64,000 nt of DNA, taken from contig JASFQK010000019.1 in assembly GCA_050115495.1 (NCBI GenBank), forward strand, positions 32,001 through 96,000, in the 5' to 3' direction. Shown in pieces: positions 56,686 to 64,000 of the stretch. Position numbers and translations under genes: made by a program. This DNA is from Phycisphaerae bacterium (GTDB taxonomy: Bacteria > Planctomycetota > Phycisphaerae > UBA1845 > Fen-1342). How positions within the stretch are numbered: position 1 is the first letter of the stretch; every line of letters starts with the position of its first letter. The notes under the pieces were generated by a model. That model did no database searches and was not told the origin of the DNA. It saw only the letters and a program-made list of their open reading frames with translations.

Positions 56686-58734
56686 CTACTCCGTCCCGCT
56701 CGCCACGCCGGCCGCCGTCTCGTCCGGCCGGAGCGTGTCCAGCTTCTGCCGCAAGGCGGCGATGGCCTGTTCCGGCGTGCAGCGGTTGATCGGCACGTCG
56801 CCGATCGTCACCGTCGGGCCGCGGTCGCATTGCTCGAAGCAGAACGTGGCCTGCACGTCGACCGCGTCCTGCAGGTTGTGCTCGTTCACGTACCGCAGCA
56901 CGTGCTGCAAGAGCTTCTGTGAGCCGCGGACGTGGCAGTTCGTGCCGACGCACACCTGTATCGCCAGCTTGCCGTCATTCGGGCCGCCGAGCACGGGCAG
57001 TGGCAGACCGTGGATGCGCCGGCGACTCTCGTAATGCCGGTGCAGCAGGTGGTGCGCCTTCTCGCCGCCCACCTCGCCGATGCACTGTTCGTAGCAGCGG
57101 GTGACGATGTGGTTGTCCTGCGACTTGTGGAGCTGGGACGTCTTGTCCGCCTCGTAGAGGCCACGGGCCCGCTGCTGGCGGACGACGGGATCGCGCGTGA
57201 CCGGCTGGCCGGCGCCGCCGACGCAACCGCCGGGGCAGGCCATCACTTCGATCAGATCGTAGTGAGCTTCGCCTGCGCGAACCTTGCGCACCAGCTCCTT
57301 CGCGTTGCGCAGGCCGTGGACGATGGCGAGTTTCACTTCGGTCCCGTTGACGCGGTACGACGCGCTGCGGATGCCCTCCTCGCCGCGCACCTCCTTGAAG
57401 TCGACGCTGTCGAGCTTCACGCCGCTGAGCTTCTCGACGGCGTACCGCAGCACCGCCTCGCTGACACCGCCGGACGCGCCGAAGATGATGCCCGCACCGG
57501 TCTTGAAACCGAGCGGCAGATCGAGGCTGTCCGGCTGGAGTTCGTGGAAGCAGATACCGGCCTGGTTGATCATCCGCACCAGCTCCTGCGTCGTGAGGAC
57601 GAAGTCGACGTCGCGCCGGCCGTGCTCGGTGAAGTCCGGCTGCGCGGCTTCGACCTTCTTCGCAACGCAGGGCATGATCGACACGACGACCAGGTTGTCG
57701 CGGTCAACGTCCAATTCGCGGGGCAACATGCTCTTCGCTACCGCGCCGAACATCTGCTGCGGCGAGCGACACGACGACAGGTTCGGCAGCAGATCGGCAC
57801 AGTACTGCTCGGCGTAGCGCACCCACGCCGGGCAGCAGGACGTGAACTGCGGTAGCCGCTCGCCCTTCTGCTTTCGCTGTATGAACTCGGTCGCTTCCTC
57901 GATAACCGTCATGTCGGCGGAGAAGCACGTGTCGTAGACCTTGCGAAAACCCATCAGGCGCAGGGCCGCGACGATCTGGCCGGTCGTCACCGCGCCCGGC
58001 GGCAGGCCGAACGCCTCACCCAGGGCGACGCGCACCGCCGGGGCGATCTGCGCGACGACGACCTCCTTCTTGTCATCGAGCGCCTTCCAGACGCCTTCGA
58101 CCTCGCTACGGACCGTGAGTGCACCGGTCGGGCAGACGCGCACGCACTGCCCGCAGTGCACGCATTCCACCTGGCCGAGGTCCTTGCCGAACGCCGGCAT
58201 GACGGCGGCCTTCGCGCCGCGGTGGACGAAGTCGATCGCGCCGATGCCCTGAATCTCGCGGCATGCCCGCACGCAATCGCCGCAGAGCACGCACTTGTTC
58301 GGGTCGCGTACCAGCGCCGCCGATGAGCGATCAACCGGGAAGTGTGGCTGTGTGGCCTTGAAACGCACGTGGTCGATGCCGAGCTGCCGCGCGATGCGCT
58401 GCAGCTGGCACGTTTCGCTGCGCGGACAGGTCGGGCAGCTCTGGTCGTGGCTCGCCAGCAGCAACTCGATGGCGATCCGGCGGATCTCGCGGATCTCCTC
58501 GGTCTGCGTGCGAACCTTCAGGCCCGGCTCGCACGGTGTGGAGCACGCCCCCACGATGCCGCGGCCTTCCACCTCCACGATGCACAGCCGGCACGCGCCG
58601 TACACGCTGAGTTCCGAATGGTAGCAGAACGTGGGCAGCTCGATGCCGGCCTTGCGCACCAGCTCCAGCAGGTTGCGCTCGCCGTTGATCTCGACCGTAC
58701 GCCCGTCAATCGTCAGAGTATTCATTGCAGACAT
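56686..58734 (-). CDS. hydA: [FeFe]-hydrogenase catalytic subunit (group A3) with C-terminal thioredoxin-like [2Fe-2S] domain
   Basis: FTSCCPAW, MPCVAKKVE, EVMACPGGCVGGAGQP; N-terminal 2Fe-2S, His-ligated and 2x4Fe-4S motifs; C-terminal CVGTNC..CFEQC. Confidence 0.95.
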   Translation of the reverse strand: MSAMNTLTIDGRTVEINGERNLLELVRKAGIELPTFCYHSELSVYGACRLCIVEVEGRGIVGACSTPCEPGLKVRTQTEEIREIRRIAIELLLASHDQSCPTCPRSETCQLQRIARQLGIDHVRFKATQPHFPVDRSSAALVRDPNKCVLCGDCVRACREIQGIGAIDFVHRGAKAAVMPAFGKDLGQVECVHCGQCVRVCPTGALTVRSEVEGVWKALDDKKEVVVAQIAPAVRVALGEAFGLPPGAVTTGQIVAALRLMGFRKVYDTCFSADMTVIEEATEFIQRKQKGERLPQFTSCCPAWVRYAEQYCADLLPNLSSCRSPQQMFGAVAKSMLPRELDVDRDNLVVVSIMPCVAKKVEAAQPDFTEHGRRDVDFVLTTQELVRMINQAGICFHELQPDSLDLPLGFKTGAGIIFGASGGVSEAVLRYAVEKLSGVKLDSVDFKEVRGEEGIRSASYRVNGTEVKLAIVHGLRNAKELVRKVRAGEAHYDLIEVMACPGGCVGGAGQPVTRDPVVRQQRARGLYEADKTSQLHKSQDNHIVTRCYEQCIGEVGGEKAHHLLHRHYESRRRIHGLPLPVLGGPNDGKLAIQVCVGTNCHVRGSQKLLQHVLRYVNEHNLQDAVDVQATFCFEQCDRGPTVTIGDVPINRCTPEQAIAALRQKLDTLRPDETAAGVASGTE

Positions 58735-58752
58735 CGTCTGGTATTCCTCGCA

Positions 58753-60657
58753 CTAGAACCCGACCACCGCACCGAGCCGGCACACCTTCACGCACTCGCC
58801 GCACTTGATGCACTTCTCCTCGTCGATGACGTGCACCTGCTTGCGCTCGCCCGTAATCGCCTGCACGGGGCACACCTTAGCGCACATCGTGCAACCCTTG
58901 CAGCGGGCCGGGTCGATCTCCGGCCGGGCCAGGGCCTTGCAGCGGTGCGTCGGGCAGCGCTTCTGGAAGACGTGGGCTTCGTACTCATCGCGGAAGTGCA
59001 GCATCGTGCTGAGCACAGGGTTGGGGGCGGTCTTGCCCAGACCGCAGAGCGAGGCTTTCTGCACGGCGCGCGCCAGACGCTCCAGCAGTTCGAGCGTCTC
59101 CGCCGTGCCGCGGCCCTCGATCACGTCGTCGAGCAGGGCGAGCAGTTGCTTCGTGCCTTCGCGGCACAGCACACACTTGCCGCACGACTCGTTCTGCGTG
59201 AACTGCATAAAGAAGCGGGCGACGCTGACCATGCAGGTCTGCTGGTTCATGACGACCAGCCCGCCGGAGCCGACCATCGCCCCGACGCCTTTCAGGCTGT
59301 CGAAGTCGAGCGGCAGATCGAGGTGCTCCTGCGTGAGGCAGCCGCCGGAGGGACCGCCGATCTGCACGGCTTTGAACAACTCGCCGGTCGGCTCGCCCGT
59401 ATCGTCGATGACGCCGCCGCCGATGTTCATGACGATCTCACGGAGCGTCGTGCCGAAGGGCACTTCGATCAGGCCGGTGTTGGCCACGTGGCCGGTCAGG
59501 GCGAACGTCTTGGTGCCGGGCGAGTTCTGCGTGCCGATGCCGCGGAAGTGCCGCGCACCCTTCGCGATCACGAGCGGAACCGTGCCGAGCGTTTCCACGT
59601 TGTTGATGACGGTTGGGTGGCCCCAGAGGCCGGACTGGGCCGGGAACGGCGGCTTCGGCATGGGCATGCCGCGCTGGCCCTGGATCGACGCGATCATCGC
59701 GGTCTCTTCGCCGCAGACGAACGCGCCGGCCCCTTCCATCACTTCCAGCGTCAGGCGGGTGCCGCTGCCGAGCGCGTTCGGCCCGAGGATGCTCATCGCG
59801 GTCGCGTCCTCGACCGCTTTCCGCATCCGCCGAACGGCCAGCGGGTACTCGGCCCGCACGTAGATGACGCCTTCATCCGCGCCGATCGCCCGGGCGGCGA
59901 TCATCATGCCTTCGATGACGCGGTGCGGATCGCCTTCCATGAGGCTGCGGTCCATGAACGCGCCGGGGTCACCCTCATCGCCGTTGCAGATGATGTACTT
60001 CTTGTTGCTCTGCTGCTTGCGGGCCACGTCCCACTTACGCCCCGTCGGGAATCCGCCGCCGCCGCGGCCACGCAGACCCGACAGCGTGACCTCTTCGCAT
60101 ACGGTCTCCGACGACAGGTCAAAGAACGCCGTCCGCGCTGCGCTGTAGCCGCCGCGGGCGATGTACTCGTGGATGTTCTCCGGATCGATCAGGCCGCACT
60201 CGGCGAGCACGGTGCGGGCCTGACGCTGGTAGAACGGAATCTCGCGCGGGCCCCGGCAATGCTTGCCGGATTGCGGCTCCTGGTATTGCAGGCGCTCGAT
60301 CGGTTGCCCGCCGATGAGCGTCGTCTCGATGATCTCCTGCACGTCGGCGGGCCGCACGCGGCGGTACAGCAGGCCCTCGGGCTCGATCGTCACGAGCGGT
60401 CCCTGCTGGCAGAAGCCCTGGCAGCCACTTTTCGAGACGAGCGTCGCCCCCTCGTTCTCGCCCGCTTCCGGCCGCAGTTCGACTTCGACCGCGATCCCGC
60501 GCTGCCGGCAGCCTTCCACCAGGGCCGCGTGCACCGCGAGGGCGCCGTTCGCGACGCAGCCGGTGCCGGCACAGATCACGACGCGCCGGGCGAGCTTCGC
60601 CGATGCGGCGTTGTAGTCCTGAGCGATCGCGTCCAGGTTGGTGGCGGTAGTGGTCAT
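58753..60657 (-). CDS. hydB: NuoF-like diaphorase subunit of bifurcating hydrogenase
   Basis: GRGGGGFPTG, NGDEGDPGAFMDR, GAFVCGEETA, GGPSGG, ESCGKCVLCREG, C-terminal 2x[4Fe-4S]. Confidence 0.95.
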   Translation of the reverse strand: MTTTATNLDAIAQDYNAASAKLARRVVICAGTGCVANGALAVHAALVEGCRQRGIAVEVELRPEAGENEGATLVSKSGCQGFCQQGPLVTIEPEGLLYRRVRPADVQEIIETTLIGGQPIERLQYQEPQSGKHCRGPREIPFYQRQARTVLAECGLIDPENIHEYIARGGYSAARTAFFDLSSETVCEEVTLSGLRGRGGGGFPTGRKWDVARKQQSNKKYIICNGDEGDPGAFMDRSLMEGDPHRVIEGMMIAARAIGADEGVIYVRAEYPLAVRRMRKAVEDATAMSILGPNALGSGTRLTLEVMEGAGAFVCGEETAMIASIQGQRGMPMPKPPFPAQSGLWGHPTVINNVETLGTVPLVIAKGARHFRGIGTQNSPGTKTFALTGHVANTGLIEVPFGTTLREIVMNIGGGVIDDTGEPTGELFKAVQIGGPSGGCLTQEHLDLPLDFDSLKGVGAMVGSGGLVVMNQQTCMVSVARFFMQFTQNESCGKCVLCREGTKQLLALLDDVIEGRGTAETLELLERLARAVQKASLCGLGKTAPNPVLSTMLHFRDEYEAHVFQKRCPTHRCKALARPEIDPARCKGCTMCAKVCPVQAITGERKQVHVIDEEKCIKCGECVKVCRLGAVVGF

Positions 60658-61166
60658 GCCGGCACCTCCCTCGCGGCGATCTCATCGACCACGGCGACCG
60701 CCTTCTCCGGCGTCATCTGGCCGTACACCTGCTCGTTGACCACCATCACCGGCGCCAGGCCGCACGCGCCGAGACACGAAACGGTCTCGACGGTGAACAG
60801 CATGTCCGGCGTCGTCTTCCGCTCTTCTGTCACGTTCAACCGCTTGCGCAGCGCTTCGAGAATCGGGATCGACTGCCGTACGTGGCAGGCCGTCCCGTCG
60901 CAAAGCCGAACGACGTACTTGCCCTTCGGCTCCAGCGCGAAGTGCGCGTAGAAGCTCGCCACGCCGAACACGTGGGCCGGCGGCAGATCGAGCGCTGTGG
61001 CCACGAAGGACAGCACCTCTTCGGGGAGGTAGCGATACTCCTCCTGCACGGCCTGAAGCACCGGGATCAGCCGGGCCGAATCGTGGCCGTGACGTTCCAG
61101 GATTTCGCAGACGCGTTCGAAGCGACGCGCCGTGTTCGAGGCAGGACCTGATACAACCGTGGACAT
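60654..61166 (-). CDS. hydC: NuoE-like [2Fe-2S] subunit
   Basis: LIPVLQAVQ, VASFY, CDGTAC, CLGACGLAP. Confidence 0.95.
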   Translation of the reverse strand: MSTVVSGPASNTARRFERVCEILERHGHDSARLIPVLQAVQEEYRYLPEEVLSFVATALDLPPAHVFGVASFYAHFALEPKGKYVVRLCDGTACHVRQSIPILEALRKRLNVTEERKTTPDMLFTVETVSCLGACGLAPVMVVNEQVYGQMTPEKAVAVVDEIAAREVPA

Positions 61167-61194
61167 TACTACTGAGACTCCGTGCTGTACGTGC

Positions 61195-61887
61195 CTATTC
61201 CGAGTCCAACGCCTGGGCCAGCCGACCAGACAGGCTGCCGGCGTGATCTGAGAGAGCGGCGATGCGGTTCGAGAGCACCGCCAGCCCCGGATAGAAATCT
61301 TCGTTCTGAACGATGATGCCCTCGGGCACCTTGAGGGTCGCCGGCGCGAAGTTCCAGATGGCCTTGATGCCGCTGTCGACGAGGAGGTCGGCGACGGACT
61401 GGGCGGCGGGCGCGGGCACCGTGATGATGCCCACGTGGACGTTCATGCGCCAGGCGAGGTCGGTGAGCTTCTCCATGTCGAAGACGCGTTTGCCGTGGAC
61501 TTCGGTGCCGACCTTCGCCGGGTCGGAATCAAAGGCGGCGAGAATGTTGATCCCGCAGTTGGCGATCTGCTCGTAGCCGAGCAAAGCCGAGCCCATATGT
61601 CCGACGCCGATGAGGAACGCGTCTTTGTGGTTGTTCCACCCGAGGAAGGTCACGATGGCGTCGAGGAGCTCGTGCAGGTTGTAGCCGACCTTGGGCCGCC
61701 CCACGATGCCGGTGGCCGCCAGGTCCTTCCGGACTTGCGTGGGGTCGAGCTGGAGGGCACGTCCGATATGGCTGCACGAGACGACGTCCCGCCCACGCTC
61801 CCGCAGGGCGCGGAGGAAGTGGAAGTACGCCGGCAAGCGCCGTAAGGTTGGCTCTGACACTGGCTTAGGGATGCGTTTGTCTGTCAT
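61195..61887 (-). CDS. rex: Redox-sensing transcriptional repressor Rex
   Basis: TLRRLPAY, QVRKDL, G.PKVGY, IGVGHMGSAL, AAFDSDP, AIWNFAP. Confidence 0.95.
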   Translation of the reverse strand: MTDKRIPKPVSEPTLRRLPAYFHFLRALRERGRDVVSCSHIGRALQLDPTQVRKDLAATGIVGRPKVGYNLHELLDAIVTFLGWNNHKDAFLIGVGHMGSALLGYEQIANCGINILAAFDSDPAKVGTEVHGKRVFDMEKLTDLAWRMNVHVGIITVPAPAAQSVADLLVDSGIKAIWNFAPATLKVPEGIIVQNEDFYPGLAVLSNRIAALSDHAGSLSGRLAQALDSE

Positions 61888-61933
61888 GTGTCACCTGCCG
61901 CCGAATCGAGAAGGTTTTATCGAGACATTTTTA

Positions 61934-61982
61934 CGGAGAAATCTTTCTCTATTAGTATGCGTCAGGTTCCAGCCCGGGTCAA
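61934..61982 (-). promoter_or_regulatory. Promoter of rex-hyd operon with Rex-like operator at the transcription start
   Basis: Minus strand TTGACC (61982-61977), 17 nt, CATACT (61959-61954), then palindrome TAGAGAA-AGAT-TTCTCCG (61951-61934). Confidence 0.6.
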
Positions 61983-62285
61983 GAAACGGGCAGGAAAACA
62001 GTGCTGCTAACTGCGAACAGGCGGCGTCAGAGATGCCCCCGCACCGGCGTCGGACGCCGAGAGATGGGGCAGGAAGTGACTTAACGTGGGCCGCATGCCA
62101 CTCGGGCCGGGCCGAGCCGCGGTCCTGCCAGGAAGACCCGATCGTAACGGCGTAAGCGTGCCGCCGACGAAGCCGGGAAGGACGGTGGCTACACCGCGCC
62201 TAGCCTGCGCCGATCCGTCAACGCCGGGCCAGACGCGAGCGTAGCCACAGATGCCCGCGGGTCGGGCTGAAGTACTCGACGTGGG

Positions 62286-63431
62286 TTAACGGCGTCTGAG
62301 AACCAGCACGCTAAGCCCCAGCAGCGTAAGCGAAGCGGGTTCCGGCAGGCGAATGATGAATCCGTCAGGAATGAAGCTGCCCTCGGCACGCCCCCAGCCC
62401 GCGATCGTCATTCCGTCTGCCGAAATGCTCAGCGGGAGCGCCAGCGTATACCCGGACGGCAACGGCACGCCGGCCTCCAGGGCGTACTCAGTCAGATTCA
62501 CCATCGTACCGTCCCGCCACAAGAACCCGTCGCCCCCAACCGGGCCGAACCAGCTGACCGGCGGGCGCTCGTAACCCACGATCGTATGTCCATCCGCGCT
62601 CACGCCGGTTGCACCCTGCTCGGTAATGTACTCCGGCGTGCCTGGCGTGAGCGTGCCGAGCAGCTCCGCGCCGCCGTCCTCCGTCCAGCGCCAAGCGCAC
62701 CGGATATTGTCGACCATCGTTGACCAGCCCCCGTATCCGGCCACGACGGAGCCATCGCCGCTGATCACGTTTCCCTCTCCCAGCGGCTGGCCGTCGTAGT
62801 ACAGCAGGGTCTCTGCGCCGCCACTCCAGATCGCGGCCTGGCGCGTCCCCCCGGGGCAGTCCTGCCAACCAACAATGGTCGAACCGTCGTGACTGACGGC
62901 GTTGGCGCGAGATGACCGGTCCTCGTGCAACGAACCGAGATCAACCAGGCCCGTCTCCGCCGTCCACTTGGTGGCGTGCACCTTGGTGACATCCACCCAC
63001 GCGCTCCCGACAAGCGTCCCGCCGTCGCCCGAAATCCCCCAGGAGTTGCTCGCCTCCGACCCCGGTGCCCCGCCAGACCACAGGCAACCAACCGGCGTCC
63101 AGGAACCGGCGACGACATCGTAGTAGGCCATCTCGCTCAGATCCGAGTTCGGATTCGTCGCATTGCCGCAGATGACGGTGCCATCGGCGGAGACCGCCGT
63201 AGAGCCGCCGTACCCCGAGCCGAAGTTGCCACCGATACTGACAAGCCCGTCGGACTCCGTCCACGTGAAGAACCCAGACCCAGAGAGCCTGGCTGCGACC
63301 ATACCGCCGTCGGCGGAAATGCCCGACGGTGTGACATTCGTCCCCAGGCTGTAGAACGCGGGACCGCTGTAGGCCTGCAGGACACACAAGCCGAGCACCG
63401 CGACAACACTGACCAGTTTCGTGCTTCTCAT
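62286..63431 (-). CDS. PEP-CTERM protein with HAF-like extracellular repeats
   Basis: Signal peptide; repeated (G/A)(I/V)SxDGxx(I/V)xG units; C-terminal LPEPASLTLLGLSVLVLRRR. Confidence 0.92.
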   Translation of the reverse strand: MRSTKLVSVVAVLGLCVLQAYSGPAFYSLGTNVTPSGISADGGMVAARLSGSGFFTWTESDGLVSIGGNFGSGYGGSTAVSADGTVICGNATNPNSDLSEMAYYDVVAGSWTPVGCLWSGGAPGSEASNSWGISGDGGTLVGSAWVDVTKVHATKWTAETGLVDLGSLHEDRSSRANAVSHDGSTIVGWQDCPGGTRQAAIWSGGAETLLYYDGQPLGEGNVISGDGSVVAGYGGWSTMVDNIRCAWRWTEDGGAELLGTLTPGTPEYITEQGATGVSADGHTIVGYERPPVSWFGPVGGDGFLWRDGTMVNLTEYALEAGVPLPSGYTLALPLSISADGMTIAGWGRAEGSFIPDGFIIRLPEPASLTLLGLSVLVLRRR

Positions 63432-63532
63432 GAGTTTCTCCTCATCCTCTCGAGAACCGCGCGAACTAACGCGGACCTGACTCTCCAGTGTATCGTCCGC
63501 GGATCTTTATTCAAGTATTTCCCTGGGGAAGA

Positions 63533-63550
63533 TTGTGAATCACTTTACAG
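63533..63550. promoter_or_regulatory. Rex-box-like palindrome between divergent genes
   Basis: TTGTGAA-TCAC-TTTACAG; 2 mismatches to TTGTGAA-N4-TTCACAA. Confidence 0.45.
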
Positions 63551-63610
63551 GGGGACACCTCATCGGCTAGACTGCGGTTGGTAGAGGTAATCACGAGACT
63601 TGGACTGGCG

Positions 63611-64000
63611 ATGGCACGTACGAAGAAAGCACCGCAATCCAGCACGCCGGCGCGGGCTCAGTCCTTCGAGGCTCAGTTGGCCGCCGCCTTTCAGCAGTTC
63701 CGCGGGGCACTGACGGAGCTTCTGACCGCTGTCCATGCCGACCCGGATCGCCCGCAGGACGTCGCACGTAAGTTCAAGCTGGATAAGAACCTTACGTGGA
63801 AAGTCAGCCGGATTGTGAACACGCCGGACAGCTTCTCCGCCGTACAGCACATGCCCGGTACGAATGGCTTGAACATCCTTCTGCACGCCTTCGAAGCCAA
63901 CGGCGCCCCGGCCGCCACCGTTGCGCGTGCGCGCACGAGTTTCGGCACCGTTCACCAGATGGTCACCAAGCACCTCGGCGACCGTGGCACGCTCGAGATC
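63611..64000 (+). CDS. Hypothetical protein with HTH-like N-terminus, truncated by window end
   Basis: Not in ORF track. Manual translation MARTKKAPQSS..FRGALTELL..RPQDVARKFKLDKNLTWKVSRIV..HMPGTNGL.. is open to the window end. Confidence 0.75.
   Translation, partial: MARTKKAPQSSTPARAQSFEAQLAAAFQQFRGALTELLTAVHADPDRPQDVARKFKLDKNLTWKVSRIVNTPDSFSAVQHMPGTNGLNILLHAFEANGAPAATVARARTSFGTVHQMVTKHLGDRGTLEI

Noticed and set aside
58342..60951. 869-aa plus-strand ORF (also the antisense ORFs 36966-39116 and 39192-41138)
   Set aside because: Antisense shadows of well-supported genes on the opposite strand.
58753..61166. Respiratory complex I nuoE/nuoF
   Set aside because: Adjacent to an H-cluster hydA with no other nuo genes; these are hydrogenase subunits.

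Overview
High-GC bacterial window, most likely Planctomycetota (probably an anaerobic Phycisphaerae-like organism). This is inferred from a DUF1501/DUF1549-DUF1553/PPC cluster, an ECF sigma-Ser/Thr kinase pair, CxxCGY..CPECG zinc-ribbon membrane proteins, a GACC Cys-rich repeat protein and a PEP-CTERM protein. About 45 CDS; no rRNA, tRNA, CRISPR or transposase seen. Recognisable modules: DAHP synthase, NADH oxidase-like flavoprotein, patatin, CLC-CBS transporter, a 7-gene two-component/HDOD/HD-GYP cluster, a NemR-like TetR with an RND pump (duplicated operator visible), and a rex-hydCBA-hydS-phosphatase [FeFe]-hydrogenase operon. The most unusual element is at 14918-20306: five tandem, translationally coupled paralogous lipoprotein-like genes followed by a radical SAM/SPASM enzyme. 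Three paralogs carry a conserved PxYPTxLxV pre-signal leader; all five have a hypervariable loop after HGxG and a near-invariant RQQVRDFxEWLxGQGVI C-terminus. This is a candidate protein-modification system of unknown function. All domain calls come from motif recognition by eye; no searches were run.
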